Of a stretch of 64,000 nt of DNA, positions 8,162-20,057 are shown one piece after another. Source of the stretch: Enterobacter phage CC31. The translations under genes and the position numbers were made by a program. Within the stretch, counting starts at the first letter, position 1. Each line of letters begins with the position of its first letter. The DNA is taken from the sequence record NC_014662.1; one strand, written 5' to 3'. The notes below the pieces were generated by a model that saw only the letters and a list, made by a program, of their open reading frames with translations, was not told where the DNA came from and searched no databases.

Positions 8162-8886
8162 TTAATTACCTTTTCAATTTTAGAATAGAGGTCCTCTAAA
8201 GAACCATCGTTTGTTATTACAATATCACCGTCTCTGATTGGTAAACCAGCTTCAGTGATGTGAGTATCTTGTGAACTTTCACTATCTGGACGAACTACAT
8301 GAATTACTGTAGCACCCATCGCCCGAGCAGCATCGAGTTCATGGTCCTGACGAGTATCTGGAACAATGTAAAAATCCAGGTCGTCATGGAAGCTATCGAC
8401 ATAATCAATAGCGAATAACTTCAACCAATACATGCGGTCAACCATGTTGCAGAAAATATCAGTCCCAAGGGTCTGCATGAGACGACGTACTGTCCATGGT
8501 TTGGTATTTTTATTTATTAGGGCTTCAATCTTGGTATTTCCACTGAATGAAAAATCACCATTGTCATGAATGAAGAACCCGTTTTCTCTTTTTCCAGCTT
8601 TTAATTTGCGGTCCAAAAGACGATAAACACACCGTTTCATGTAATCGATGACGTCTTTGTTATTCAGCAACAGAATCTGTTCGCGGTCATAACCTTTACC
8701 TTCAAAATCAAGGCGGTTCAAAGATACACCAGTTTTTTGGGTCAAATCTGGATTCCAGCAATCAGCTAATGTATCTTTAATTGGACCAGCAAGCTGGAAC
8801 TTTTTAGTTTTGTAGTTATTCGCAAGATAGTCAGCGGTGGTATCTTTACCTGACCGTTTCTTACCTATGATGAAAATAAGTTTCAT
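8158..8886 (-). CDS. 1: Deoxynucleoside monophosphate kinase gp1
   Basis: 242 aa; P-loop GKKRSGKDT; matches T4 gp1 size and position. Confidence 0.85.
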
Positions 8887-8887
8887 A

Positions 8888-9478
8888 TTACCTCATAGAA
8901 GGATGCATTCCAACAGATGAACGAGACTGAGCAGCCTGTTCGATATTTTGTTTACCTACTATGATTTTACCATCTTTTTCTATTTGCAAATACTTGAATG
9001 GGAACATTGCAGTGCAAATAACCGCTGGGTCAGTATCTTCAGTATAGCTGAATTCTACTTCGCCTAAATCAGAACACCAAGCTCCATAATAATGAAAACT
9101 CATTACAATTTTCTTCTTGGAGTTATCAAGCATATGCACAGAAACATGTGGTGGAGTGAAGCCAGGTTTCCACGCTTGAGAGTTAAAATCAATGTAGTTA
9201 TTGATTGAAAGCATCCATTGATACATCTGAAGCCAAGAGTTTAAGTCTTCATCGACTAAAAAGCGTATGACCAGTGGGTCATGCTCAAAAGTTGAACCTG
9301 GCAGTTGAGAACGTGCCAGACCACCTTGTCCAGATGGAGTTTCAGTAATAGGGATGCGTATACCTGGTATTGTAGCTGATTGTACGTTAAGCGTAAAAGC
9401 TTTTGTCAATCCAGCATCAGGAATATCTACTATAAAGTTAGTAATATTCGTTTGGTTAAAAAGTTGATTAGCGTCCAA
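8888..9478 (-). CDS. 3: gp3 tail completion / sheath stabiliser
   Basis: Synteny 1-3-2-4; ORF of expected size class. Confidence 0.7.
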   Translation of the reverse strand: MDANQLFNQTNITNFIVDIPDAGLTKAFTLNVQSATIPGIRIPITETPSGQGGLARSQLPGSTFEHDPLVIRFLVDEDLNSWLQMYQWMLSINNYIDFNSQAWKPGFTPPHVSVHMLDNSKKKIVMSFHYYGAWCSDLGEVEFSYTEDTDPAVICTAMFPFKYLQIEKDGKIIVGKQNIEQAAQSRSSVGMHPSMR

Positions 9479-9559
9479 TTCGCTTTCCTTCTGGAGTAGT
9501 TATAATGGTTTTGAGTTCTTCCGGAGCAATCAATATCAATCAATCCGGAAGAAGATGGA

Positions 9560-10390
9560 TTAAGATTTCCAAACAGCAGTAGCAGAATAACGCTTGCCTT
9601 TTGACATGAACTGTTGAGTTGGTAACATAACAACGTTAGCCCAGTCTGCTGGCTTAATCTCTACTAAACTTCCTTTGATATGACCAGGAAGATAAGCTTT
9701 AATCATCTTATCCGCGCCAGCGAAACCCTTAACTTGACTCCAATTAATCTTCAACTTAGTTTTGTTAGTAATAGTCGGAGTGTTAGCATATTGCTTTAGC
9801 AACTCTTCGAGAAACTGTTGTCGTGCTTTTGGTGGAATATAGTGCAAGTTCAAACCATACATCAACGTAGTTGAGCCTTGCTTACCCAATCCCAAATAAA
9901 TAATCAATGGAAATCTATCCCAGAATGGAAGTGTGTCTTTATGTTTAGCATCATACATATAAGCATAAAGTTTTCCTGGAGTAGGTTTTGATACCTGATG
10001 GCCACGAATATTTTTCTTCATAGTCTCGTTGAACCAACGAGCTGACTTATTGTTAACAGCTGCGCCTTCATTAGCAATCTTTTGACGAATGCTCTGACGG
10101 AAACTGTTAATCATCACGAGTTGTCTTTCTTGACGAGTAAGTTTCTTTGGACTCTTTCCTTCAAGTTTAGCAACTTGCACAGCCGTCTTAATTCTCGAAG
10201 CATATCTGCTCATCGCCTTTGTAAATGTAGCATATTTTATGCCTTTTTCTTCGGCAAAAGATTTGGCGGTGGCACCTTTCTTTTTCGCTTCAGCATATTC
10301 TACACCTATCTCTACCCATTTTCTTTCGTCTTTAGGGACTGTTCGAGCTATCGGTTGAGCACCTTCATTAAGCAATTCAAATATAGCCAT
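9560..10390 (-). CDS. 2: gp2 DNA end protector
   Basis: Synteny; start set at MAIFELL where ATG overlaps gene 4 stop (TAATG). Confidence 0.75.
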   Translation of the reverse strand: MAIFELLNEGAQPIARTVPKDERKWVEIGVEYAEAKKKGATAKSFAEEKGIKYATFTKAMSRYASRIKTAVQVAKLEGKSPKKLTRQERQLVMINSFRQSIRQKIANEGAAVNNKSARWFNETMKKNIRGHQVSKPTPGKLYAYMYDAKHKDTLPFWDRFPLIIYLGLGKQGSTTLMYGLNLHYIPPKARQQFLEELLKQYANTPTITNKTKLKINWSQVKGFAGADKMIKAYLPGHIKGSLVEIKPADWANVVMLPTQQFMSKGKRYSATAVWKS

Positions 10391-10839
10391 TAGCCTTTCC
10401 ACCCTAATCTCTTCAGACCATCTTCTGTAAGCAATCTGAATTTTATGTTATTCTTTTCAGCAACTTTTTGAGCAGCTGACCATTTATCCTGGTTCACACT
10501 CCATGTGTATATCTCATCGATATATCTTTTCTTTGCTGCTGTAGTAAGTTTAGCAGGCTTTGGAGGTGGTTGAGTCTCTTTCTTTGGCTTAACTTCAACA
10601 AAGAATTCTTGTCCGTTTACATCTCTGAACCAGAAGTCCATGAAGTATCTACGTTTTTTACCTTCTGCGTTGCAGAAATAAGGAATAACAACTTCTTCAC
10701 TGTTCCATTTAACTATTTCTGGATTTGCATCAAGCCATTTCATGAACCATGACTCCCAGGACGAGCGATATGTAATTTTACGAATATCACCCCTGTACTT
10801 TTCATGGTTCTTAGGCATAAATTTGCCAGAGTACGCCAT
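10390..10839 (-). CDS. 4: gp4 head completion protein
   Basis: 149 aa (T4 150); synteny. Confidence 0.8.
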   Translation of the reverse strand: MAYSGKFMPKNHEKYRGDIRKITYRSSWESWFMKWLDANPEIVKWNSEEVVIPYFCNAEGKKRRYFMDFWFRDVNGQEFFVEVKPKKETQPPPKPAKLTTAAKKRYIDEIYTWSVNQDKWSAAQKVAEKNNIKFRLLTEDGLKRLGWKG

Positions 10840-10867
10840 TTCATTTTCCTCTAATAAATAATATTAC

Positions 10868-10875
10868 TATTTATA
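10868..10875 (-). promoter_or_regulatory. T4-type late promoter box TATAAATA for gene 4
   Basis: Exact TATAAATA on minus strand about 29 nt upstream of gene 4 ATG. Confidence 0.6.
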
Positions 10876-10888
10876 AAGTGGAGGCTTT

Positions 10889-11464
10889 ATGTTATTCAGC
10901 TTTTTTGACCCTATTACATACACCGCTAAAACGGTTGATGAAAACGCTAAGCCTATTTCCATGACAGACATTTTCAGAAACTATAAAGCATACTTCAAAA
11001 GAGTTGCTGCTAACTATCGTCTGCGCACATACTATATCCAAGGTTCTCCACGACCTGAAGAGTTGTCTAACATCATTTATGGTAACCCTCAATTGTATTG
11101 GGTGCTTCTGATGTGTAATGATAACTATGACCCTTACTATGGTTGGATTACGAGTCAAGAAGCAGCTTATAGAGCTTCTGAACAGAGATATGAAAATGCT
11201 GGTGGAAATCAGGTGTTGTACCACGTGGACGCTAAAGGAGAAAGATACTACAACTTAGTAGAATCTGAAACTAATCCTGGTACATGGTATGACAAAGGAG
11301 ATACTCTTCAAGAACATCCTCAATATCAAGGTGCTTTAGCAGCTGTTGATGTTTATGAAGCAGCTATTCTTGAAAATGAAAAGAAACGTCAAATCAAAAT
11401 TATTTCTCCTGCTGATATTGACACTTTTATTGCAGACTTAATCCGTGAGATGGAGATTGCATAA
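10889..11464 (+). CDS. 53: gp53 baseplate wedge
   Basis: Starts MLFSFFDPI; PMTDIFRNYK..YRLRTYYI matches remembered T4 gp53. Confidence 0.9.
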   Translation: MLFSFFDPITYTAKTVDENAKPISMTDIFRNYKAYFKRVAANYRLRTYYIQGSPRPEELSNIIYGNPQLYWVLLMCNDNYDPYYGWITSQEAAYRASEQRYENAGGNQVLYHVDAKGERYYNLVESETNPGTWYDKGDTLQEHPQYQGALAAVDVYEAAILENEKKRQIKIISPADIDTFIADLIREMEIA

Positions 11465-13197
11465 TGGAAATGATTAGTAACTCTCTTCAATGGTTCACAG
11501 GAGTTGTTGAAGATAGAATGGACCCGCTTAAGCGTGGTCGTGTGCGCGTGCGCGTGCATGGATTGCATCCGTTCCAAAAGACTCAAGGCCCTGTGATGGG
11601 TGTTCCGACTGAAGACCTTCCGTGGATGAGTCCAATATTTCCTGTGACATCTGCGGCTATTTCTGGCGTTGGTGGTTCAGTTACCGGTCCTGTTGAAGGG
11701 ACTCACGTATATGGTCATTTTTTAGACAAGTATAGACAGAATGGAATTATACTTGGAACTTATGCTGCTAATGCAACTGCTCGTCCAAATAGAACTGAAG
11801 GATTCTCTGACCCGACTGGACAGTATCCTCGATATCTTGGTAATGACACTAACGCATTGAACCAAGGCGGAGTTGAAGGTGACGATTATACCGCTAACAT
11901 AGTTCAAGATAACAACCTTGACACTGGTATTAATCCAGATGATACTGACCTTGCAAATATTCCTGAAGACAATAATCCGAATTACACAATAGAAGCAATG
12001 CTTCGTCGCGATGAAGGTCTTCGTCTTAAGGTGTATTGGGACACCGAAGGATACCCTACAATCGGTATTGGTCACCTTATTATCGCTCAACAAGTCCGTG
12101 ATATGACTCAGATTAATAAGGTGCTGAGTAAACAAGTTGGACGAGAAGTAACTGGTAATCCTGGCTCTATCTCAATGGACGAAGCTTCAAAATTATTTGA
12201 AGAAGACCTTGCTGATATGCAGCGTGATATTAAAACTAACTCTGCTGTTGGTCCAGTTTATGCTAAGATGAATAAGTCTCGCCAAATGGCTCTTGAAAAC
12301 ATGAGCTTCCAAATGGGAGTTGGCGGTGTAGCTAAATTCACTAACATGCTCGCTGCGATGTTTATTGGTGATTGGAAAACTGCATATAACGAAGCAAGAA
12401 ACTCTCGTTGGTTCCAGCAAACTAAAGGACGAGCATCTCGTGTTTCAATGATTATCTTGACAGGTAACTTGGAATCATACGGTGTTCCAGTTTCTCCACC
12501 AAGCCCAAAAAGTCTTTCAGCTGCCGCAGTTGCAATGGCGGTTGGTTCTGATGACCCATGGGGGCCGCCAATTCCTCAAACTGGACGAATCTTATTCAAA
12601 GAACCTGAATCTTCATATAATGGGCAATATCCTTATGTTCATACAATGGAAACTGAGTCTGGTCATATTCAAGAATTTGATGATACTCCAGGATATGAGC
12701 GTTATCGTATTGTTCATCCAACTGGAACATATGAAGAAGTTGCTCCTGACGGGCGAAGAACAAGAAAAACTGTCGGTGACCTTTATGATATGACTGGTGG
12801 TGACGGCAATATTTTAATTTCAGGCGATAAGAAAGTTAACGTCGGTGGTGATGAAACTTATTACAACATGGCTAATAAGACCACTCAAATCGATGGAAGC
12901 AACACTCTCTTTATTCGTGGTGATGAAACTAAAACTATTGAAGGCGATGGAACTCTTTATGTGAAGGGTAATATCAAAATTGTAGTTGATGGAAATGCTG
13001 ATATTCTTGTGAAAGGTGATGCCAAAACACAGGTTGAAGGAAACCATGATTATACCGTCAACGGTAACGTCACATGGTCTGTTAAGGGTAATGTGTCAAT
13101 GAACGTCACCGGAAACTGGGCTGAAACTATGCAGACGATGAGTTCTAAAGCATCTGGTCAGTACACCGTCGACGGTTCACGTATCGATATCGGTTGA
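11464..13197 (+). CDS. 5: gp5 baseplate hub with lysozyme domain
   Basis: 577 aa; MEMISN..DPLKRGRVRVRVHGLHP; internal lysozyme DTEGYPTIGIGHLI; C-terminal beta-helix. Confidence 0.95.
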   Translation: MEMISNSLQWFTGVVEDRMDPLKRGRVRVRVHGLHPFQKTQGPVMGVPTEDLPWMSPIFPVTSAAISGVGGSVTGPVEGTHVYGHFLDKYRQNGIILGTYAANATARPNRTEGFSDPTGQYPRYLGNDTNALNQGGVEGDDYTANIVQDNNLDTGINPDDTDLANIPEDNNPNYTIEAMLRRDEGLRLKVYWDTEGYPTIGIGHLIIAQQVRDMTQINKVLSKQVGREVTGNPGSISMDEASKLFEEDLADMQRDIKTNSAVGPVYAKMNKSRQMALENMSFQMGVGGVAKFTNMLAAMFIGDWKTAYNEARNSRWFQQTKGRASRVSMIILTGNLESYGVPVSPPSPKSLSAAAVAMAVGSDDPWGPPIPQTGRILFKEPESSYNGQYPYVHTMETESGHIQEFDDTPGYERYRIVHPTGTYEEVAPDGRRTRKTVGDLYDMTGGDGNILISGDKKVNVGGDETYYNMANKTTQIDGSNTLFIRGDETKTIEGDGTLYVKGNIKIVVDGNADILVKGDAKTQVEGNHDYTVNGNVTWSVKGNVSMNVTGNWAETMQTMSSKASGQYTVDGSRIDIG

Positions 13198-13204
13198 GGT
13201 AATA

Positions 13205-13708
13205 ATGGTTGACATACTTCCAGTAAGCACTGAGTTGCCTGATATTCAAGAAGGTGGTTCAGTTAATCAAACATTCACTGCTCAATTAGAAGCAACAGAC
13301 ACATTAGAGTCTATAAATATAATTGATTTTCAACCTACTCCTGGGATTACAGTCTCAGGAGCTAATTACACAGGCGTTTATGAGAGTGTCTTTTCTTTCG
13401 GAGGAGATGCTCTTAAATACCGAGAAGGTAATGAATTTAAAGTAGCCCAATCATGGGAATCTTTACCACCTCCTGGTACAGCCGATTTATACCTCTGGAA
13501 AGCCCCCTCTAAACTTGAGAGGACCTTTACATACACAGTTAAGGTTACATATTGGAGACAAGGTGAAGACACTACAGGACCATCTGGTGAACCTGTCACA
13601 CCTCCTCCAGTTAAAATGGAAATGACCAAAACTTATTCTCAGTTAGTGTATGGTAATTGGAGCAAATGGGCTGAACAACTTCGCTCATACGTATATGCGA
13701 GACCATAA
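13205..13708 (+). CDS. gp5.1-like protein
   Basis: 167 aa ORF between gene 5 and 5.4. Confidence 0.55.
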   Translation: MVDILPVSTELPDIQEGGSVNQTFTAQLEATDTLESINIIDFQPTPGITVSGANYTGVYESVFSFGGDALKYREGNEFKVAQSWESLPPPGTADLYLWKAPSKLERTFTYTVKVTYWRQGEDTTGPSGEPVTPPPVKMEMTKTYSQLVYGNWSKWAEQLRSYVYARP

Positions 13709-14005
13709 ATGGCCGGATTAAGTTATGACAAAGCTTTAACTGCAGGCCACTCAGCTTATCCTCCTACGCAAGTAAATGCGACTCAAGGAAAAGTATTTGT
13801 TGGTGGAATTGCAGTTCTAGTAGATGGAGACCAAATAACTCCTCATACTAAAACAGTTAAACCCTACGACACTCACGGGGGTTCTGTTCAACCTCGTACA
13901 AGTAAAGTGTTCGTTACAGGAAAGAAAGCCGTTCAAATGGCTGACCCTATTTCTTGCGGTGACACTGTAGCCGAATCGAGTAACAAAGTATTCATTCACG
14001 GATAA
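13709..14005 (+). CDS. 5.4: gp5.4 PAAR-repeat spike tip
   Basis: 98 aa (T4 97), Gly-rich, between gene 5 and gene 6. Confidence 0.75.
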   Translation: MAGLSYDKALTAGHSAYPPTQVNATQGKVFVGGIAVLVDGDQITPHTKTVKPYDTHGGSVQPRTSKVFVTGKKAVQMADPISCGDTVAESSNKVFIHG

Positions 14006-14009
14006 AACA

Positions 14010-15956
14010 ATGGCAACTACTGAACCCTTTAACTATCAATTAAAAAGAACCGCGAATGCGATTCCTGAAGTTTTCATCGGCGGCACGTTCCAAGAAATTA
14101 AAAAGAACTTCGTTGATTGGCTGCGTGGCCAAAATGAGTTTTTAGATTATGATTTCGAAGGCTCCCGCATGAACGTATTGCTGGACCTCTTAGCATATAA
14201 CACTCTATACATTCAGCAATTCGGTAACAGCGCAGTTTATGAATCATTCATGCGTACTGCTAACTTGAGAAGTTCTGTTGTTCAAGCAGCTCAAGACAAT
14301 GGATATCTTCCATCTTCTCGTTCAGCAGCTAAAACTGAAATTATGCTTGAGTGTACACATGCACTGAATGAAAACAGTTTAAGAATTCCTCGCGGAACAA
14401 GATTCCTTGCATACGCTCGAGACACAAGTGCTGACCCATATCCATTCGTAACTACTGAAGACGTAATTGCATTAAAAGACCAAAATAGCTTGTACTTCCC
14501 TAGAGTAAAATTAGCTCAAGGACGTATTGTTCGTACTGAATTGAAGTACAATAAGTTGAAGCCGATTATCATCAGAGATGAAAATATCGACCGTTCAGAA
14601 GTTCGTTTATTTGTAGATGGAGCTGAATGGACTAACTGGACTTATAAATCAATGGTGCATGCTGGTTCTACATCAACGATTTATTACATGCGAGAAACTG
14701 TTGATGGTCACACTGAATTCTTCTTCGGTGAAGGCGAGCAATCTGTTTCAGTTGCTGGTGCAGCATTAGAAGCTAACTACATTGGTGGTTTAAAACCAAT
14801 TCAAGACCAGACTATTGTAATTGAGTATATCCGAACTGACGGTGAACGAGCAAATGGCGCTACTGAATTTTCATATGCTGATACCTTACAATACATCAGT
14901 GTTCAGAAAATTTATGAGAACCCAGATGATTCTCCAGATTACGTAGGTGCTGATGGTGGTGGTGACCCCGAAGATATTGAACGTATTCGTGAACTTGGAA
15001 CTATTAAACGCGAGGCTCAAGCCCGTTGTGTAACTGCAACTGACTATGATACTTTCGTTTCTGAACGTTTTGGTTCAATTGTTCAAGCTGTTCAGACATT
15101 TACTGACCAGTATAAACCAGGATACGCATTCATTGCAATTAAACCAAAATCTGGACTGTATCTTACTTCTGTTCAAAGAGAAGATATTCAGAACTATCTG
15201 AAGCCATTTAACTTGGCTCCGATTACTCCTTCTGTTATTTCTCCGAACTATCTGTTCTTGAAGCATAACATTAAAGTTACATATGCTTTAAATAAACTGC
15301 AAGAATCAGAGCAGTGGCTTCACGGTCAAATCATTGATAAAATCGATGAATATTACACCAATGAAGTAGAGATTTTCAATGCTCAATTTGCTAAGTCCAG
15401 AATGTTAACTTATGTTGACAGAGCAGACCACTCTATTATTGGTTCTTCTGCTGAAATTGAAATGGTTCGTGAAGTTCAAAACTTCTTTGAGACTCCATCT
15501 GCTGGTATTAAATACTATAACCAGATTACTCCGCGCAGTTTAAAATCGAGCGAATTCAAATTCACTAAAGGCACATCGTCTTACATGGTACGTTTAGCTG
15601 GTACTGTTGGTGATAGTAAAAAAGGTAAAGTTGTTCTTGGGCCATTTAAAGCCGGAGATTTAGTAGCTACACCTGCTGCTCCAATTTATACCGGAAGCGA
15701 TTTTGAAAAGCTCCCAGTGACTGACGGAAGAAATACATATTTCGTTGTTGGTGAAGTAGATTATCCATCAGATTACATCTATTGGAATATTGCAGCTCTT
15801 AATATTAACTCAAGTTTATTTGATGTTCAATCTATTGAGCTATACGCTTTACCAAAAGAAAACAACATTTTCACTAAAGATGGTTCACTGATTGTATTTG
15901 AGAATGACCTTCGTCCTCAATACACGACCATCACATTGGAGCCTATTGCACAATGA
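14010..15956 (+). CDS. 6: gp6 baseplate wedge
   Basis: 648 aa; synteny and size. Confidence 0.85.
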   Translation: MATTEPFNYQLKRTANAIPEVFIGGTFQEIKKNFVDWLRGQNEFLDYDFEGSRMNVLLDLLAYNTLYIQQFGNSAVYESFMRTANLRSSVVQAAQDNGYLPSSRSAAKTEIMLECTHALNENSLRIPRGTRFLAYARDTSADPYPFVTTEDVIALKDQNSLYFPRVKLAQGRIVRTELKYNKLKPIIIRDENIDRSEVRLFVDGAEWTNWTYKSMVHAGSTSTIYYMRETVDGHTEFFFGEGEQSVSVAGAALEANYIGGLKPIQDQTIVIEYIRTDGERANGATEFSYADTLQYISVQKIYENPDDSPDYVGADGGGDPEDIERIRELGTIKREAQARCVTATDYDTFVSERFGSIVQAVQTFTDQYKPGYAFIAIKPKSGLYLTSVQREDIQNYLKPFNLAPITPSVISPNYLFLKHNIKVTYALNKLQESEQWLHGQIIDKIDEYYTNEVEIFNAQFAKSRMLTYVDRADHSIIGSSAEIEMVREVQNFFETPSAGIKYYNQITPRSLKSSEFKFTKGTSSYMVRLAGTVGDSKKGKVVLGPFKAGDLVATPAAPIYTGSDFEKLPVTDGRNTYFVVGEVDYPSDYIYWNIAALNINSSLFDVQSIELYALPKENNIFTKDGSLIVFENDLRPQYTTITLEPIAQ

Positions 15957-18900
15957 CTGTAAAAGCACCTTCTGTTACAAGTCTCAGAATAACAAAACTA
16001 TCTGCAAACCAAGTTCAAATTAAGTGGGATGACGTTGGTGCTAACTTCTTCTATTTCGTTGAACTTGCAGAGACTCGTAACTCAAACGGGGAGATTATAC
16101 TCCCCGAAAATTATCAGTGGCGTAACTTAGGCTACACTGCTGAAAATGAATTTTTCGAGGACAACTACATTCGCCCTCTGAGCTATTATGTTATGCGTGT
16201 AGCTGTAGCAGCTGAAGGGTTTGAACAATCAAACTGGAAAATGACTGAAGAATTTCAATCATTCGAAACAAACGTTTATACGTTTGAAATGATGAGAGAA
16301 ATGACATTGTCTAAGCAATTCATTGAAGAAAAATTTACTAAAAATAACCAAGATTTTGTCAATTTTAACCGTGACACTATCATGGCTTCTTTAATGGATG
16401 AAACTTTCCAGTTCTCTCCTGATTATCGCACATCATCTTCTGTTGATAACTTCATTCTCAAAGAAGATGAGTATCATGAAATTCAAGGCGATATTACTAA
16501 GATTTGTAAAGATAAAGAACGAGTAATGCTAATGGAGTCAGAAGGGATTTTATATCTTTTTGAACGATTCCAGAACATCGTTAAGGTGTCAAACGATAAA
16601 GGACAGACTTGGAAGGCCGTACGATTACTCAATGACCGCGTAGGGAACCCAGTGTCCAAAAATGTATATTACCAAACGCGGAACACTACGTATCTCCTGG
16701 GATACGACAGGGTCTTCTATGGACGTAAGAGTAATGACATTCGTTGGTCAGCTGACGACGTAAAATTCAGCTCACAGGACGTTACATTTGCAAAAATTGG
16801 TGACCAGCTGAAATTAGGATTTGATGTTGAGATTTTCGGTACATATGCTCGTCTTCCGTTAGCTGTTCAGAAATATGCTGAAGCTATCACGGCAACTGAT
16901 GACATGATTTATGTTGCTGGTCGTGATGTTGTTTACAGAGCTCAAACACGAAATGCTCCGATTGACCAAGACCCATTATCACCAACCTTCGGTGAAAAGC
17001 TGTTTGATACTTGGACATCAAGAATAACTGGTAATTCAAAAGCAGTTTGTCATAACTTAGTTTCAGTTGAAGGCAAAACTTTAGCTCTTATTACTGGCGA
17101 AGTTAAAAACGATTTAGATGACAGAACAGTAGCAGATAACGTTGTTGATTCCGATTCGAAAGGTGTTTACATTCTCGAAGGAGATACTTGGACTCGAGTA
17201 TTTGGTAATACAGCCGAAGAACGCCGCCGAATTGAGCATGGATATACTTCACTTTCTACAAATGGAACTGAAATATTCTTTAGCTCAAGTAACTTCAAAT
17301 TTCTTGATTCAAACGTCGTTCCTGACCCAGACACTGCTGCTAAATATGGTCTTTTAGGTGCAGTAAAATATGAATACACCAGAGAATGGCTTTCTGATAA
17401 GCATTATCATATGATGAGCTTCAGAACTAACTCGAAGAGCGGATTTAAAACATTCGTTCCAGGAGCAATGAACTATTACGCTGAGCCGTTTTTCAATTGG
17501 TCACGTAAATCTAAGTCAAGATGCTGGATTGATACTTCATATCGAGTAGTAGTTGTTTACTCTGATATTGTTCACTCTAAAGTGATTGATGCTAATGGTT
17601 CTGGTTCTCCTGACCGTGTACTTCATGAATATTGGGATAAAGGGGTTTGCACTGTAACTAGCCCTAACATTCAATTTGATAACTTTACGAAATATGCTTC
17701 TGGAATTTTATTCCATAAAATGTCAGGTGAAATTATTTCATACTACGAGTTCAACTATCGAGTTCGTGATGAAGTATCAATAATTTGGAAACCATCTGAA
17801 ATTTTCTTAAAAGCGTATCTTCAGAATCAAGAAAGAGAAACTCCTTGGACACCTGATAATCGTGATGGACTGAAGGACCCTGATTTACGTCCATTGCTGA
17901 ATACTATGATGCCCGACAGTTATCTTCTTGAAGAAAGTAATTTTGAAGCGTTTTGCGAAGCTTATATTCAATATCTGTCAGATGGATACGGAACTCAGTA
18001 CAACAATCTGTTGAATCTCATTCGTAACAAATACCCTCGTGAAAAAGACGCTTGGGAATATTTGTGGTCTGAAGTTTACAAGCGCAATATCTATTTGAAT
18101 CCTGATAAACGAGATGCTGTTTCAAGATTCTTTGAAGCTCGTAAATCTGATTTTTATTCAACAAAAGGTATTGAAGCTTCTTATCAGTTCTTGTTCAAAT
18201 TGTTATACAATGAGAACGTTGAAATTGAAATAGAATCAAACTCTGGTACTGAGTACGATATCATTGTTGAATCTGATTCAGTAAATGACGATTTGGTTGG
18301 TCAGACAATTTACACCGCAACTGGTCGTACAAACGTTACTTACGTTGAACGCCACTATAATGAAGGCCGTTTGCAATGGCGAATTACAATTCACAACCTT
18401 TTAGGTCGTTTAATTGTAGGACAAGAGCTTAAAGCAGAACGTATGCCTGGATTTAGTGGTATTATTGTTCAGGGTGTACGTGGTAAAGAGTTAGTTGAAA
18501 ATACCATCGAGTATATCAACCGAAACCGCTCTTACTATGTGATGAAAATCAAATCTAATCTGCCTACTAGTAGATATCGTAATGACGTTTTAAGATTTGT
18601 TCATCCTGTAGGATTTGGTTTTATTGGCATTACGTTGTTGACTATGTTCATTAACGTAGGTTTGACTTTGAAACACGTTCAGACTATAATCAATAAATAC
18701 AAAAACTACAAATGGGATGCGGGACTTCCAAGTATTTGGGCTGACCGTGTTGCTCAATTGGATTCAAATGGTGATATAGAGCATGACCCTGTCACAGGAG
18801 AAGCATTATATTTACCTCACCCTAGAGCAGGTGAAGACTTTGACATTCCAGCCGATTATGATGCAGAGAATAATAACTCTGTAATTGCTGGCCAATTGCC

Positions 18901-19051
18901 GTCAGAAAGACGTAAACCAATGAGCCCTACATTTGACCAGAGCGCAGTAACATTCTCTAATTGGAGAGATTTGGTTGATGCTAGACTTATTGATAAAGTC
19001 AATATCCCTCGTGACCCGGCTAATCCAACACAGGTTAAGATTAATGAATGA
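15953..19051 (+). CDS. 7: gp7 baseplate wedge
   Basis: 1032 aa, identical length to T4 gp7. Confidence 0.9.
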   Translation: MTVKAPSVTSLRITKLSANQVQIKWDDVGANFFYFVELAETRNSNGEIILPENYQWRNLGYTAENEFFEDNYIRPLSYYVMRVAVAAEGFEQSNWKMTEEFQSFETNVYTFEMMREMTLSKQFIEEKFTKNNQDFVNFNRDTIMASLMDETFQFSPDYRTSSSVDNFILKEDEYHEIQGDITKICKDKERVMLMESEGILYLFERFQNIVKVSNDKGQTWKAVRLLNDRVGNPVSKNVYYQTRNTTYLLGYDRVFYGRKSNDIRWSADDVKFSSQDVTFAKIGDQLKLGFDVEIFGTYARLPLAVQKYAEAITATDDMIYVAGRDVVYRAQTRNAPIDQDPLSPTFGEKLFDTWTSRITGNSKAVCHNLVSVEGKTLALITGEVKNDLDDRTVADNVVDSDSKGVYILEGDTWTRVFGNTAEERRRIEHGYTSLSTNGTEIFFSSSNFKFLDSNVVPDPDTAAKYGLLGAVKYEYTREWLSDKHYHMMSFRTNSKSGFKTFVPGAMNYYAEPFFNWSRKSKSRCWIDTSYRVVVVYSDIVHSKVIDANGSGSPDRVLHEYWDKGVCTVTSPNIQFDNFTKYASGILFHKMSGEIISYYEFNYRVRDEVSIIWKPSEIFLKAYLQNQERETPWTPDNRDGLKDPDLRPLLNTMMPDSYLLEESNFEAFCEAYIQYLSDGYGTQYNNLLNLIRNKYPREKDAWEYLWSEVYKRNIYLNPDKRDAVSRFFEARKSDFYSTKGIEASYQFLFKLLYNENVEIEIESNSGTEYDIIVESDSVNDDLVGQTIYTATGRTNVTYVERHYNEGRLQWRITIHNLLGRLIVGQELKAERMPGFSGIIVQGVRGKELVENTIEYINRNRSYYVMKIKSNLPTSRYRNDVLRFVHPVGFGFIGITLLTMFINVGLTLKHVQTIINKYKNYKWDAGLPSIWADRVAQLDSNGDIEHDPVTGEALYLPHPRAGEDFDIPADYDAENNNSVIAGQLPSERRKPMSPTFDQSAVTFSNWRDLVDARLIDKVNIPRDPANPTQVKINE

Positions 19052-20054
19052 TTCAAGCGTAATCTATCGTTCCATAGTGACTTCAAAATTCCGTACTGAA
19101 AAGATGCTGAATTTTTATGAGTCAATTGGTGATGGCGATAATCAAAATACAATTTACATCACATTCGGACGAAGTGAACCTTGGTCAGATAACGAATCGG
19201 AGGTGGGGTTCGCCCCACCATATCCAGTAGATAATACACAAGGTGTTGAAGATATGTGGACTCACATGATGGGTTCAGTAAAAGTAATGCCTTCTATGCT
19301 GGATGCAATTATTCCCCGTAAAGACTGGGGAGATATTCGTTATCCAAATCCAAGAAACTTTGCAATTGGCGAAATTGTTGTGGTGAACAGTGCTCCATAT
19401 AATGCTACTGAAGTAGGTAGTGGATGGATGGTTTATCGTTGTATTGATATTCCAGATGCTGGTACTTGTTCAATTAACACTATCAAAAATAAAGAAGAGT
19501 GTATTAAGCTAGGCGGAAAATGGACTTCTTCAGTTCAATCAGCATTCCCTCCTCGTGGACGTGGTGATGCCACCAATGACAACAAAATTGATATGAAAGA
19601 TGGATATCTATGGGAATATCTGTATGAGATTCCACCTGATGTTTCTATCAACCGTTGTACAAACGAATATATTGTTGTTCCTTGGCCAGATGAAGTTAAA
19701 GAAGACCCAGAACGTTGGGGCTATAACAATAACTTAGAATGGGAACACGACGCATATGGAATTATCTATCGTGTAAAAGCATATACCATTAGATTTAAAG
19801 CATATTTCGATTCAGTGTATTTCCCAGAAGCTGCTTTGCCTGGCAATAAAGGCTTCCGTCAGATTTCAGTTATTACAAACCCGTTGGAAGCTAAAAAGAT
19901 ACCTTCTGAGCCAAATAAAAAGGCTAAGAATTTGTGGTACAACCCTATTGATTTAAGCCGTCATTCCGGTGAAATGATTTACATGGAAAACAGGCCTCCT
20001 ATCATTATGGCTATGGACCAAACCGAAGAAATTAACATCATCTTCGAATTCTAA
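19044..20054 (+). CDS. 8: gp8 baseplate wedge
   Basis: Start at MNDSSVIYR overlapping gp7 stop; C-terminal NRPPIIMAMDQTEEINI matches T4 gp8. Confidence 0.9.
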   Translation: MNDSSVIYRSIVTSKFRTEKMLNFYESIGDGDNQNTIYITFGRSEPWSDNESEVGFAPPYPVDNTQGVEDMWTHMMGSVKVMPSMLDAIIPRKDWGDIRYPNPRNFAIGEIVVVNSAPYNATEVGSGWMVYRCIDIPDAGTCSINTIKNKEECIKLGGKWTSSVQSAFPPRGRGDATNDNKIDMKDGYLWEYLYEIPPDVSINRCTNEYIVVPWPDEVKEDPERWGYNNNLEWEHDAYGIIYRVKAYTIRFKAYFDSVYFPEAALPGNKGFRQISVITNPLEAKKIPSEPNKKAKNLWYNPIDLSRHSGEMIYMENRPPIIMAMDQTEEINIIFEF

Positions 20055-20057
20055 TGC

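Noticed and set aside
18975-19043. N-terminal extension of gp8 suggested by the ORF track
   Set aside because: The extension overlaps the gp7 C-terminus; the conserved gp8 N-terminus MNDSSVIYR begins at 19044
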